This document shows positions 40,282 through 49,048 of a DNA stretch of 64,000 bases, in pieces; position 1 is the stretch's first letter, and the number at the start of each line of letters is the position of its first letter. The position numbers were made by a program, and so were the translations under genes. The notes under the pieces were generated by a model. That model was not told the origin of the DNA. It was given only the letters and a program-made list of their open reading frames with translations, and searched no databases. This stretch comes from Bradymonadia bacterium (GTDB lineage Bacteria; Myxococcota_A; Bradymonadia; UBA7976; UBA1532): positions 1 through 64,000 of the forward strand of contig JBKAGE010000077.1 of assembly GCA_046290225.1 (NCBI GenBank), written 5' to 3'.

Positions 40282-40665
40282 TCAGGCGATGAGGCCAGCG
40301 ACGATGTCTTTGAGCTCGTTGACGTCGAAGGGCTTGTCGAGGTGAGCGTCGGCGCCATAGAGGGGAGCCGTCATCTCGTTCACCGTGGCGCCGATGGCTG
40401 TGAGCATCACCACCTTGGTCGAGGCGTACTCTTCCTTCTCGCGGACGTACTTCAAGATCTCCCAGCCGGTGAGCTCGGGCATCATCACGTCGAGCACCAC
40501 CAGGGCGGGCTTCTCCTGGATGATCAGGGTGAGGGCCTCTTCACCGTCCCGGGCCTCCATGAACTCGGCGTCCAGGGGGCTCAGGGACATCTTCACCAGA
40601 CGCCTCATCTCCAGGTTGTCATCGGCGATGAGGATGAGGGGCTTCTGGGCGGTATCTTCACTCAT
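40282..40665 (-). CDS. Single-domain response regulator
   Basis: ILIADD, VVLDVMMPELTG, MLTA, LDKPF. Confidence 0.92.
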   Translation of the reverse strand: MSEDTAQKPLILIADDNLEMRRLVKMSLSPLDAEFMEARDGEEALTLIIQEKPALVVLDVMMPELTGWEILKYVREKEEYASTKVVMLTAIGATVNEMTAPLYGADAHLDKPFDVNELKDIVAGLIA

Positions 40666-40722
40666 CGAGGGACCTCTTGAGAGCTGCCAAGGCCCCAGGC
40701 TTATGCTCTGGGGATGCCAGTG

Positions 40723-41343
40723 TCAAGAAGGCAATCGCCCCTGCGCACCGGGGTGACGCAGGAGTCGCCCTGCTGCGAGGGGGGTATTGACGTTGAGCAG
40801 GACCCCCGGGTCGGTGATCGGCAGCGTCACCGGGCCGAGGGGTCGGAGCACCTCGCGAAGCGGAGTGAGCCTGTGCACGGGCCCTTCCGAAGACCTCAGT
40901 TGATCGACGAGGGCTCCGGGCAGGTACACCGGGTGTCCGGAGCGACCCTGCCAGACAGGCAACACGGGCCTCTGGGCCTCGGCTCCCTTCTCGATGAGCG
41001 CAGCCACCGTGCTCGATCTCAGCGCAGGTCGATCCACATGGGTCAGGACCACCGATGCACCCACAGGCACCGCTCGGACCCCATGTTGGAGCGAGGCCCG
41101 CATGCCCATGGGCCAATCTCTGGCGCGCACCACATGGGCCGCCTCGGCGAGGTGGCGCCCATATGCCTCGGCGTACGCCCCAACCACCACCACCACGTCA
41201 GCACACCCGCCTGTCCGCAACATCTCGACGAGATGAGACGCAAAGGTGCCCTGACCATAGGGGATCAGCCCCTTGGCCCGGCCCATGCGACGAGAGGCGC
41301 CACCGGCGAGGAGCAGCCCCCAGACTTCACCGGACATCGACAC
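40723..41343 (-). CDS. Molybdenum cofactor cytidylyltransferase-like (MocA/MobA family)
   Basis: LLAGGASRRMGRAKGL, GMRASL, VDRP, GHPV, NVNTP. Next to xdhC. Confidence 0.8.
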   Translation of the reverse strand: MSMSGEVWGLLLAGGASRRMGRAKGLIPYGQGTFASHLVEMLRTGGCADVVVVVGAYAEAYGRHLAEAAHVVRARDWPMGMRASLQHGVRAVPVGASVVLTHVDRPALRSSTVAALIEKGAEAQRPVLPVWQGRSGHPVYLPGALVDQLRSSEGPVHRLTPLREVLRPLGPVTLPITDPGVLLNVNTPLAAGRLLRHPGAQGRLPS

Positions 41344-42106
41344 CTCGGCGATGGGCCACCAGCTCCGCCAGGATGCTGATGGCGATCTCTTCAGGGGTCA
41401 GCGCGCCGATGTCGAGCCCCACCGGACATCGCACACGATCGAGCGCTTCTCTGGTGATCCCTCGGGCTTCGAGCCGGTTCCGGAACCGGGCCCACTTTCC
41501 GCGGCTGCCCACGAGGCCAACCCATGACGCAGCGCCGCCCACGAGATGCCGCACAGCATCTTCGTCGAGGGCGTGATCGTGGGTCACCACCAACACGCGC
41601 TCGTCAGCCTCTGGCGGTGAGGCCCTCAGGTGCTCCACAGGATCAGCATCGACGACGTGCACCTCAGCAGAAAAGCGCGCCTCTTGAGCCCATGCTTCGC
41701 GGCCGTCCACGATCATCACCTCGAAGCCTGCCTTTGCCGCCCCTTCGGCGAGCACGGTGCCCACGTGGCCGGCGCCGTAGATGCGCAGACGCGGCGCTGG
41801 CGTGTGCTTTTGCATGAAGACCTCCATTCGTCCGCCACAGCACATGCCCAGATCACGGACCAGGTGCACGTCGAGCCGCTCGACTCGACGGTTGTCGTCC
41901 TCAAGCAGGGCTCGAGAGAGACGCATCACCTCCCATTCGAACGCGCCACCCCCAATGGTGCCTTCGAAGTCGTCGGCGGTGATCACCATCTGAGCACCGG
42001 CGAGCCTGGGGGTGGAGCCGCCGGCGCCGATGACGGTGGCCACTACGAAGGATGCCCGCCCTTCGGCGAGGCGGGCCAATGTCGAAAAGATCCCTTGCGT
42101 CATCAA
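41327..42106 (-). CDS. xdhC: Xanthine dehydrogenase accessory protein XdhC
   Basis: GSTPR..GA.M, GTIGGG, LGMCCGG, GAGHVG, THDHALD, CPVGL, PEEIAISI. Confidence 0.9.
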   Translation of the reverse strand: MMTQGIFSTLARLAEGRASFVVATVIGAGGSTPRLAGAQMVITADDFEGTIGGGAFEWEVMRLSRALLEDDNRRVERLDVHLVRDLGMCCGGRMEVFMQKHTPAPRLRIYGAGHVGTVLAEGAAKAGFEVMIVDGREAWAQEARFSAEVHVVDADPVEHLRASPPEADERVLVVTHDHALDEDAVRHLVGGAASWVGLVGSRGKWARFRNRLEARGITREALDRVRCPVGLDIGALTPEEIAISILAELVAHRRGVDVR

Positions 42107-42195
42107 ATCATCCGCGCCTCAATGCGCGGCAGCCGAGGCTGCCTCGACGAGGTGTAGCCCCCGAGAGGGCCTCTGAGAGAGTGTGAGGAGATACG

Positions 42196-43011
42196 ATGCG
42201 AGGACTCAAACGCTGGCTTCTGATCGGTGTGCTGGTGGCTGTGGTCGTCGGGGTGGTGCTCTGGCGGAGTCAATTCACCACCCTGGTGCCTGGCGTCAAG
42301 CCTGATCTCGACGCCATCGAGGCCATGACCACCTTCGACAACAGCGATTGGGCCCATGTGCTCGAGACCTACGTCGATGATCAAGGGCAGGTGAACTACG
42401 CTGCCCTCAAAGCCAACCCCGAGCGGTTGTATCGATACGTGCATCTTATCGGACACGCCGGGCCCACTCGAAAGCCCAAGCTGTTCCCAACTTCGGGGCA
42501 CATGCTGGCTTACTACATCAACGCCTACAACGCCCTCACGATGTACAACGTGATCGAGCGCTGGCCCGACATCAAATCGGTCCGGGACGATCGCGCCAAC
42601 TTCTTCGTGTTCACCCGCTTCGTCGTCGACGGTGAAGACGTGAGCTTGCATGTGCTCGAGACCAAATCGGTCTTCAAGAAGTTCAAGCAGGTGAAAGGCA
42701 TCGAGAAAGCCCACTTCGCCCTGAACTGCGCCAGCAAGGGCTGTCCCCGCCTGCCCCGAGTCCCCTTCGATGGCGAGGCCATCGAGATGCAGCTCGACAC
42801 CGAAGCCAGGAAGTTCCTGCAGGAGCCCCGCAACTACGCGCTGGACGAGGACGCGGTGGTCGTCAGCCAAATTTTTCAGTGGTACGAAGAGCAATTCAGG
42901 CCTGACGTGCAGACATGGATCAAGGCCGAGGTCCCCGAGGTGCGGCTGCCAGAGGGGTTGAAGTTGAGGCACTTGCCCTACGACTGGTCACTCAACGTAC
43001 AACCACGATGA
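42196..43011 (+). CDS. DUF547 domain protein
   Basis: LAYYINAYNA, HFALNCASKGCP, SQIFQWY, YDWSLN. Confidence 0.9.
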   Translation: MRGLKRWLLIGVLVAVVVGVVLWRSQFTTLVPGVKPDLDAIEAMTTFDNSDWAHVLETYVDDQGQVNYAALKANPERLYRYVHLIGHAGPTRKPKLFPTSGHMLAYYINAYNALTMYNVIERWPDIKSVRDDRANFFVFTRFVVDGEDVSLHVLETKSVFKKFKQVKGIEKAHFALNCASKGCPRLPRVPFDGEAIEMQLDTEARKFLQEPRNYALDEDAVVVSQIFQWYEEQFRPDVQTWIKAEVPEVRLPEGLKLRHLPYDWSLNVQPR

Positions 43012-43021
43012 GCGGTCACGA

Positions 43022-43702
43022 TTACGCGTAGAGATATCGACAGCAGTCGCAGCTCGGCTTCCCAAAGAGATCGGGGTAGTGCTGCATGAAATGCTCTTGC
43101 TGACTGGCGATCTCGTGCAGTCGCTCGAAGGGCACCTCTACGGCCTTCACCCGCGATCCGTCTTCGAGTCGGTGCACCCCGAAGGTGATCTGACCTTCTT
43201 CAGCCTGCTCGTAGACCAGCTCCACAGGGCCCAACACGTAGAAGTCGGCGAGCCTGTCGCGCATCACCGTCAGCTTGAGACACTCCACCAGGGGCTGGGG
43301 GATGCCCGCCCGGGACAGCCGCACCGCCTCGGTGAGGCGCTCGTGCCCGAAGACCAACAGAATCTGACATTCCGACAAGGCCTTCATCACCGGCGAGGGG
43401 GCCGCGCCGAACTCCTGGGCGAAGTAGGCCATGGTCTCTTCTTCGAGGGCCTTGCGGTGGCTGCGATCTGCCCGCGGGTGCATCACCACCCAGAGGCGAT
43501 GCGGCACATCGGCAAAGAGCATCTTCTGCTCTGGGCGCCATGTCTCCCCACAGCCATCACAGGTCAGCTGCGCGAAGGTGCCTGCGAGGACTTCATCGGC
43601 CACATGGGGCAACAGCTGAGCGTTGAGACTCTGGAAACGATTGGTCTGCTGAGACAAACCACAGACCGGACACTCGACGGTGACGTGCTCCAACTTGCTC
43701 AT
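43022..43702 (-). CDS. CpXC domain zinc-ribbon protein
   Basis: VECPVCG...SLNA...P......G......CDGCG......LFAD. ATGA-coupled to the upstream gene. Confidence 0.75.
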   Translation of the reverse strand: MSKLEHVTVECPVCGLSQQTNRFQSLNAQLLPHVADEVLAGTFAQLTCDGCGETWRPEQKMLFADVPHRLWVVMHPRADRSHRKALEEETMAYFAQEFGAAPSPVMKALSECQILLVFGHERLTEAVRLSRAGIPQPLVECLKLTVMRDRLADFYVLGPVELVYEQAEEGQITFGVHRLEDGSRVKAVEVPFERLHEIASQQEHFMQHYPDLFGKPSCDCCRYLYA

Positions 43703-44610
43703 GCGCCCCTTGGGTCAGCGTAGTACTTGAGTTGCGGCAGCGGGCTCTCGGAGAGCCGGACCCCCAGATACGACATGCGACGCAGCCCCGCGGTGCGAAT
43801 GAAGTGCCCCATCTCTCTGCGGGCCGTCTCCTGATCTTGTGGCGCGATCCAGGGCTGGATCACCTCGGGCTTCACCTCGGGGTAGTCGAGCTTGAGCCAG
43901 GGTTTGCGCTCGGCGAGGGTGAAGTTGATCGAGGCGAAGAGGGTGGTCTCGCGCTCACCGAGGATCGCCTCGTGCACCGGACGCCAGGTCTCGACCATCT
44001 CCGGTGACACTCCGAAGGGCGCCATGAGCGCGCCGATGCGGGTGGTGACCCCAGGGAGGCGATCTGGGGTGACATATTGAGAGAAGTAGAGCTTGTGATG
44101 CAGCCCGGGCTGCCCTGCTCGGGCGGCGGCGGCGACGAAGTGCACCGTCTCTTTCTCGAGGGTGCGGGCCAGCAGCTCGATCTCACCACGGACCGACTCG
44201 GCCACTCCGAGCTCGTCGAAGAACTCGAGTACCCGCCAGACCTCGGGGCGGCGCCGATGGTAGAACGCCGCCAGGCGCTCGGGCTCCTGACCCTCGCGAT
44301 GATGCCACTCGAGCTTGAGGAAGCCCCGCCGATGGCCCATCAAATGGGCGAGGCGGCGATGATGCGCTCGGGCCGCTTCAGGCAGCTGCATGGCAGCGAG
44401 CACAGCAGCGGCGCGCTCGGTGAACTCTGCCCCCTCCCCGCGGATCATGAAGCCTGCCACTCGGCCGTTGGGGCTCAAGATGGCCTCACCATATGCATCC
44501 GCTTCGGCGCCAAAGGTCTCGAGCATGGCCCGACCTTCGCCAACGGCGTTCATGGGGGCCAGAGCCTCTTCGAGGAAGACCGACAGGCTGCTGCGAATGC
44601 CCGGCTTCAT
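43699..44610 (-). CDS. Hypothetical protein, ABBA prenyltransferase (PT-barrel)-like pattern
   Basis: Five helix-helix-strand-strand units with second strands GFMIR, AAFYH, KLYFS, KLDY, KYY. ATGA overlaps at both ends. Confidence 0.55.
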   Translation of the reverse strand: MKPGIRSSLSVFLEEALAPMNAVGEGRAMLETFGAEADAYGEAILSPNGRVAGFMIRGEGAEFTERAAAVLAAMQLPEAARAHHRRLAHLMGHRRGFLKLEWHHREGQEPERLAAFYHRRRPEVWRVLEFFDELGVAESVRGEIELLARTLEKETVHFVAAAARAGQPGLHHKLYFSQYVTPDRLPGVTTRIGALMAPFGVSPEMVETWRPVHEAILGERETTLFASINFTLAERKPWLKLDYPEVKPEVIQPWIAPQDQETARREMGHFIRTAGLRRMSYLGVRLSESPLPQLKYYADPRGA

Positions 44611-45137
44611 TGAGGCACCATGTAGATCGACGTGGAAGAGAACGCGTAGGCGGCGTCGACGCGGGCCTGCACCTTGTAGACCACCACAGTGCCCGTCTGT
44701 CCGCCCTGCTGGGCGAAGAAAGTGAGCACGGCGCCACTCCCCTGAGACTCGAGACGCATCTCGGGGTTTTCGTCTGGCGGCAACATGGGGAAGCCCGCCC
44801 CCGTGAGCTCGGTGAACCCCGGATGCAGCACCCACCGCACGCGATGGGCGAGATCTTTGGCGCTCAAGGTGGGCGCTTTGGGCACGCCGGCGGCCTTGAA
44901 GAGCGGCCCGAGGGTTTTGGCGAGGGCCACGGTGCCGTCAGCGCCGGCAAACCCACGCATGATCCCCTTGGGCCCATTGGCCTGAAACGCGAAGAGCGGG
45001 CCAGTCTTGCGGCTGGTGTAGTCCTCGCCACCAGTGCTCTCGGTGACTGGCTCCACCTTCACCGCGCCACCCGCCACCGTCCATGTCTTGAGGATGGCCT
45101 CGGTGAAGTGTTTTCGGGCCTTCTCGAACTCACTCAA
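44607..45137 (-). CDS. Hypothetical protein (candidate immunity/adaptor)
   Basis: 176-aa ORF, TTG start after GGAGAG, 50 nt downstream of the DUF4157 gene. Confidence 0.65.
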   Translation of the reverse strand: MSEFEKARKHFTEAILKTWTVAGGAVKVEPVTESTGGEDYTSRKTGPLFAFQANGPKGIMRGFAGADGTVALAKTLGPLFKAAGVPKAPTLSAKDLAHRVRWVLHPGFTELTGAGFPMLPPDENPEMRLESQGSGAVLTFFAQQGGQTGTVVVYKVQARVDAAYAFSSTSIYMVPQ

Positions 45138-45187
45138 TGTCGGGGCTCTCCCATCTCGATGTCGTGGTCAAAGCGGACCACAGTAGA

Positions 45188-48100
45188 TCACTCGCCAGAG
45201 TCGCCGGTCTTCATCCCTGTGCCACCGCTGGTGTTGCCAGAGTCCTGGGCGCTGGTGGGATCCATGTTCCGGTTGTGGATGTTGTTGGTCAGCCAGTTGC
45301 GCCAGGAGGCCACCGGCACCAGACGCCCCAGCTCGGAGTCGGCCACCTGCCCCGCTTCTTCGTAGTAGACCGTGTAGACCTCGGCGAAGAATTCAGCGGG
45401 GGAGAAGATGGAGTAGTCCCGCACGCGGTTCGTCTGCACCGACTCGTTGTAGTAGTGATACTGGTGGTAGTAGTGGTTGATGGTGAAGAAGTTGCCACCA
45501 TAACCCTTCACGTTCTGCGGACTGGTCCAGAACTGCTTGCCACCCTGTACGCAGGGCTTTGCGGCCTCGATGACCGGCACCCCTTTGTTCCAGTATTTGT
45601 TGATGGCGTGCGTGGCATCGAGGCCATTGTTCAGCGCGTGACCTCCGTTGCCGCCACGCTCCGAGTCGATGTGGTTCTTGATCGCCGTCTTCTCGGCCTC
45701 GCTGATCGTCGAGCCATCGTTGGTTTGCCATGGATTGCCCATAGCGCTGGCCCAGTCGTCGAAGCTGGTCCCCGTCTGCCAGCCCCCGAGGCCTTGAGTA
45801 AAGCCCGTCACCCCACCCACCGCGGTGTCGACGGAGTGCGCGATCTCGTGGCGGACCACGGCCTCGAGCCAGTTCACTCGACGAAAGCCCGTGCCATCGC
45901 TCGCCGTCACGGGTGTGAAGGCGTTTTGGTTGTTCGCCAGGTTGTTCTGCAGGGTGTACTTGTTGTTCGCCTCATCTTTGGTGGCGATGGTGTGTGTCTC
46001 TTGAGTGCCACCGCGGCCCACCATGATGCTGTCGCCGGCGTCGAAGACATCGACATCGCGCACGACGAGCTCTTTTTGCCCGCTCGCGGCCTGGGCGCGC
46101 AGTTGAGTGCCCACCCCATAGGTCGATCGCCGGTTGGTGCTGCCGTCGCTCACCATCACCCCTTGCGCGTAATCCTGACTCAGGGGGTTGTCGAGGGTGA
46201 TCTTGTTGGTGGCCATGTCCCGGGCGGTCACCTGATGCACATCAGCGGAGGGCTGAGGGCCGATGGCGATGCCCGAACCGATGAAATACGCAGAGGCGTC
46301 GTACAGGAACACCTCGGTGTCACCGGCGCTCGCCGCCTGAGCGAGGCCCGTACCGGCGAGGGTGTTCGACTCCTCGCCGAGGCGGAAGTTGCCTGAAGAG
46401 TTCATGGTGGCCCCGCCGCTGTCGGCGAGCAGGGTCAACGTGCTGAAGACACTGTTCCGGGCATCTTGAGGGGGCTGATCTTTGAGGTGATCGTGCACCT
46501 GCCTCAGGATCGTCACGCCCCACACTGCGGTGCGCGGCTCTTTCGTACCCGCGGAGTTCTCGTTGTTGGCATCTTCGGTGGCGGTGTCGACTTCCCAATA
46601 CGCCTCAAAGGCCGAGAGCACTGCCGGGGTGTGGTTGCTGTTGGTGATCACATTGTCGGCGAGCGTACGGCGCGGACCCGTGGACAGCGCTTCGAAGTAT
46701 CGATCCGCAGCGTCTTTCGTCGGGGTCCCCGTGGGCAGATAAGGCGTACCGAGGGCCACCAGGGCGTTGTCGAGATCAGGGCCACTCAGCTCGCTGATGA
46801 TGCGGGCGACCATCGTCTCGTCTGCAGCCACCTCGAGCACCTGTGCCGGCGGCGCCGCGGCGATGGAGTTGGCGAGGTAGGCCTCGTCGGTGCCCCACCC
46901 TCTCATGGCCAGGTTGAGCTTGCGGGACAAGTGCACGTTGAGGCGCTCGAGGACCTGCCTCAAATCATCGTCGCCGAGCTCGCCCTCGAGTCGATCGACG
47001 AGAGGATCGTTGCCGGCCACCCGGCTCAGCTCTTCGTCGGTGGCACTTGCGAGGGTGGTGTGAATGTAAGCCTCGTCGGTGCCCCAGCCGTCCATGGCGA
47101 GGTCGAGCTTGCGCTCCACCGACATGTTGAGCTGATCGAAGATGCGGGTCATGTCGTCGTGGCTCAGCTCACTGCGCAGCTGAGCCACGAGGGCGTCGTT
47201 CCCAGCGATGCGGGTACGCTCCTCTTCAGTGGCTTCACCGAGCACCCGGTGGATGTAGGCGTCGTCAGCCCCCCATCCGCCCATGGCCATCTCCAGCTTG
47301 CTCTCCACAGTGACGGGCAGTCGATCGAGCACCCGCAACATGTGATCTCGACTCAGCTCGCTCTGTAGTCGGCCCACAAGGGCCTCGTTCCCCGCGATGC
47401 GGGCGAGCTCCTCGTCGCTGGCGCCGCCAAGCGTCTCGTGGATGAAGCTCTCGTCGGTCCCCCAGCCATCCATGGCGAGCTTCAGCTTGCGCTCCACGCT
47501 CACGGGGAGCATGCGGAATACCTGCTTCATCTCGCTGTGGCTCAGCTCGCTCGCCAGCTCGTTCATGAGGCCGTTGTCGTTGGCCACCGACATCAGCTCT
47601 TTGCCGCTCGCCCGACGCAGGCGGCCGAAGATCGACTCTTCGTCGGTGCCCCAGCCCCCCATGGCCTCTCGCAGATCACTCTTGATGTCGAACTGCACCG
47701 TGGCCATTTGATGCTGCACGCTGGCGCCACCGGCGCTGCCGCCACCGGCCATCTGATCGATGAGGCCCTCGGCAGATTCGCCCTTGACCACCTTGTCGGC
47801 CACAGCGTCGGCGTGCTGCTCGTACTTGTCGCCCACCTTGCCGACGCCACCATCGAGGCTGACGTTGGTCAGGCTGCCCACCACCGCGTGGGTGGCCTCA
47901 TGGGCTGCCGTGTGCAGGCTCGGCGCACCATTGAAGGCCACCTTGGGGGCGCCATCACCCGTGACGGCGTACCCATTGGACCCCATGGCCTCGTTCGCCG
48001 AGGTGGCGTCTCCACCTGTGAACGATTGAACGCCGCTGACATCGTGGCGACCGAAAGAGTTTTGGATGGCATCGAAGTGCGGCAGCTGGCCGCCAGAGCC

Positions 48101-48280
48101 CGCGATCCCCTTCGAGGCGGTCTCGTGGATGGCTCCGCTCACCCCACCACCAGAGTGTTGAACGTTGAGTTCCTGGCTCTGCTGAAGGGTGGCCTCACCG
48201 GTATCGAGCTGGATGGCATCGTCGGCATCGTGTGATGACTCGGGCGCAGCTTCGCTGCTCTTGGTCTGTTGTGCCTTCAA
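45188..48280 (-). CDS. DUF4157 (eCIS cargo-type) protein with five annexin-like repeats and C-terminal zincin domain
   Basis: LPHFDAIQNSFGRHDVSGV...HTAAHEATH...YEQHADAVAD, five AM.GWG[TA]D[ED] repeats, HEIAH...EFFAE. GAGGAGG RBS. Confidence 0.85.
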   Translation of the reverse strand: MKAQQTKSSEAAPESSHDADDAIQLDTGEATLQQSQELNVQHSGGGVSGAIHETASKGIAGSGGQLPHFDAIQNSFGRHDVSGVQSFTGGDATSANEAMGSNGYAVTGDGAPKVAFNGAPSLHTAAHEATHAVVGSLTNVSLDGGVGKVGDKYEQHADAVADKVVKGESAEGLIDQMAGGGSAGGASVQHQMATVQFDIKSDLREAMGGWGTDEESIFGRLRRASGKELMSVANDNGLMNELASELSHSEMKQVFRMLPVSVERKLKLAMDGWGTDESFIHETLGGASDEELARIAGNEALVGRLQSELSRDHMLRVLDRLPVTVESKLEMAMGGWGADDAYIHRVLGEATEEERTRIAGNDALVAQLRSELSHDDMTRIFDQLNMSVERKLDLAMDGWGTDEAYIHTTLASATDEELSRVAGNDPLVDRLEGELGDDDLRQVLERLNVHLSRKLNLAMRGWGTDEAYLANSIAAAPPAQVLEVAADETMVARIISELSGPDLDNALVALGTPYLPTGTPTKDAADRYFEALSTGPRRTLADNVITNSNHTPAVLSAFEAYWEVDTATEDANNENSAGTKEPRTAVWGVTILRQVHDHLKDQPPQDARNSVFSTLTLLADSGGATMNSSGNFRLGEESNTLAGTGLAQAASAGDTEVFLYDASAYFIGSGIAIGPQPSADVHQVTARDMATNKITLDNPLSQDYAQGVMVSDGSTNRRSTYGVGTQLRAQAASGQKELVVRDVDVFDAGDSIMVGRGGTQETHTIATKDEANNKYTLQNNLANNQNAFTPVTASDGTGFRRVNWLEAVVRHEIAHSVDTAVGGVTGFTQGLGGWQTGTSFDDWASAMGNPWQTNDGSTISEAEKTAIKNHIDSERGGNGGHALNNGLDATHAINKYWNKGVPVIEAAKPCVQGGKQFWTSPQNVKGYGGNFFTINHYYHQYHYYNESVQTNRVRDYSIFSPAEFFAEVYTVYYEEAGQVADSELGRLVPVASWRNWLTNNIHNRNMDPTSAQDSGNTSGGTGMKTGDSGE

Positions 48281-48609
48281 CGCCCATCCTCCTCGACGCC
48301 TGATCTCTCACCCATATGGTGCGGGGTACAATGCCACAGCGATGCTCAGCGCATCAAAGGGCACATGGTGTTCTCCGAATATACTCAAAGACATAGCGCC
48401 CAAAAGATGATGCTGGCTCCCCACCTGTTCAGCGCCGGCCGGTCACCTTATCTGTTGAAGGTATGTGCATATGCTTTTCAACATTCTCTGAAATGAAAGC
48501 CCCACATTCCGCCACAACCCTCCCAGAAAACCGCATATGACAAAACTTGATACTTGGCTCAACAAACCTTTGACGGCAACAACCTTTGTTTGTCAGCATC
48601 ATTTACGTC

Positions 48610-49020
48610 ATGAACGTAGGACCAAACATCGCCGACGTGGTTCTGGAGGGCTTCTCCACCCTGCCTGAAGAGCCCATTTCCTTCGATCTGGCCGCCGCCA
48701 TCATCAGCGACGTATTGCGCCAGGGTACGCGGCGACCGGTGACGGATGATCTCTGGCGCCGCTGGCTACAGCAAGGCACCCCTCACCAACAACACATCGT
48801 GTGTGTCGTGGCCAGAGCGCTGGCACACACCGGGCTGAGAGCGGCCACGGTGAGCGCGGTTCAGCGCATGGCCCACTGGAACCCCGATGCGACGCTTGGG
48901 CACTTCATCGAACTCGTCGGGGAGATCGACCTCAAAACGCTCAAGCGCGATCGTGCCACGCAGCAATATTTTTGCGGGGCCTGGCTCACCGCCTGGAGCG
49001 ATGAGGGCTCAGCCAGCTGA
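48610..49020 (+). CDS. Hypothetical protein
   Basis: 136-aa ORF filling the gap, helical composition, no motif recognised. Confidence 0.45.
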   Translation: MNVGPNIADVVLEGFSTLPEEPISFDLAAAIISDVLRQGTRRPVTDDLWRRWLQQGTPHQQHIVCVVARALAHTGLRAATVSAVQRMAHWNPDATLGHFIELVGEIDLKTLKRDRATQQYFCGAWLTAWSDEGSAS

Positions 49021-49048
49021 TCGTACGGCGCGGCCTGCACAACACCAC

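Noticed and set aside
39596..40292. Twin ORFs starting MYAPDEAVRR on opposite strands
   Set aside because: By-product of the inverted repeat, with no RBS or protein features
48300..48345. Sigma54 promoter for the DUF4157 gene
   Set aside because: The best match TGGCATTGTACCCCGCA has GG-N11-GC spacing, not the required N10
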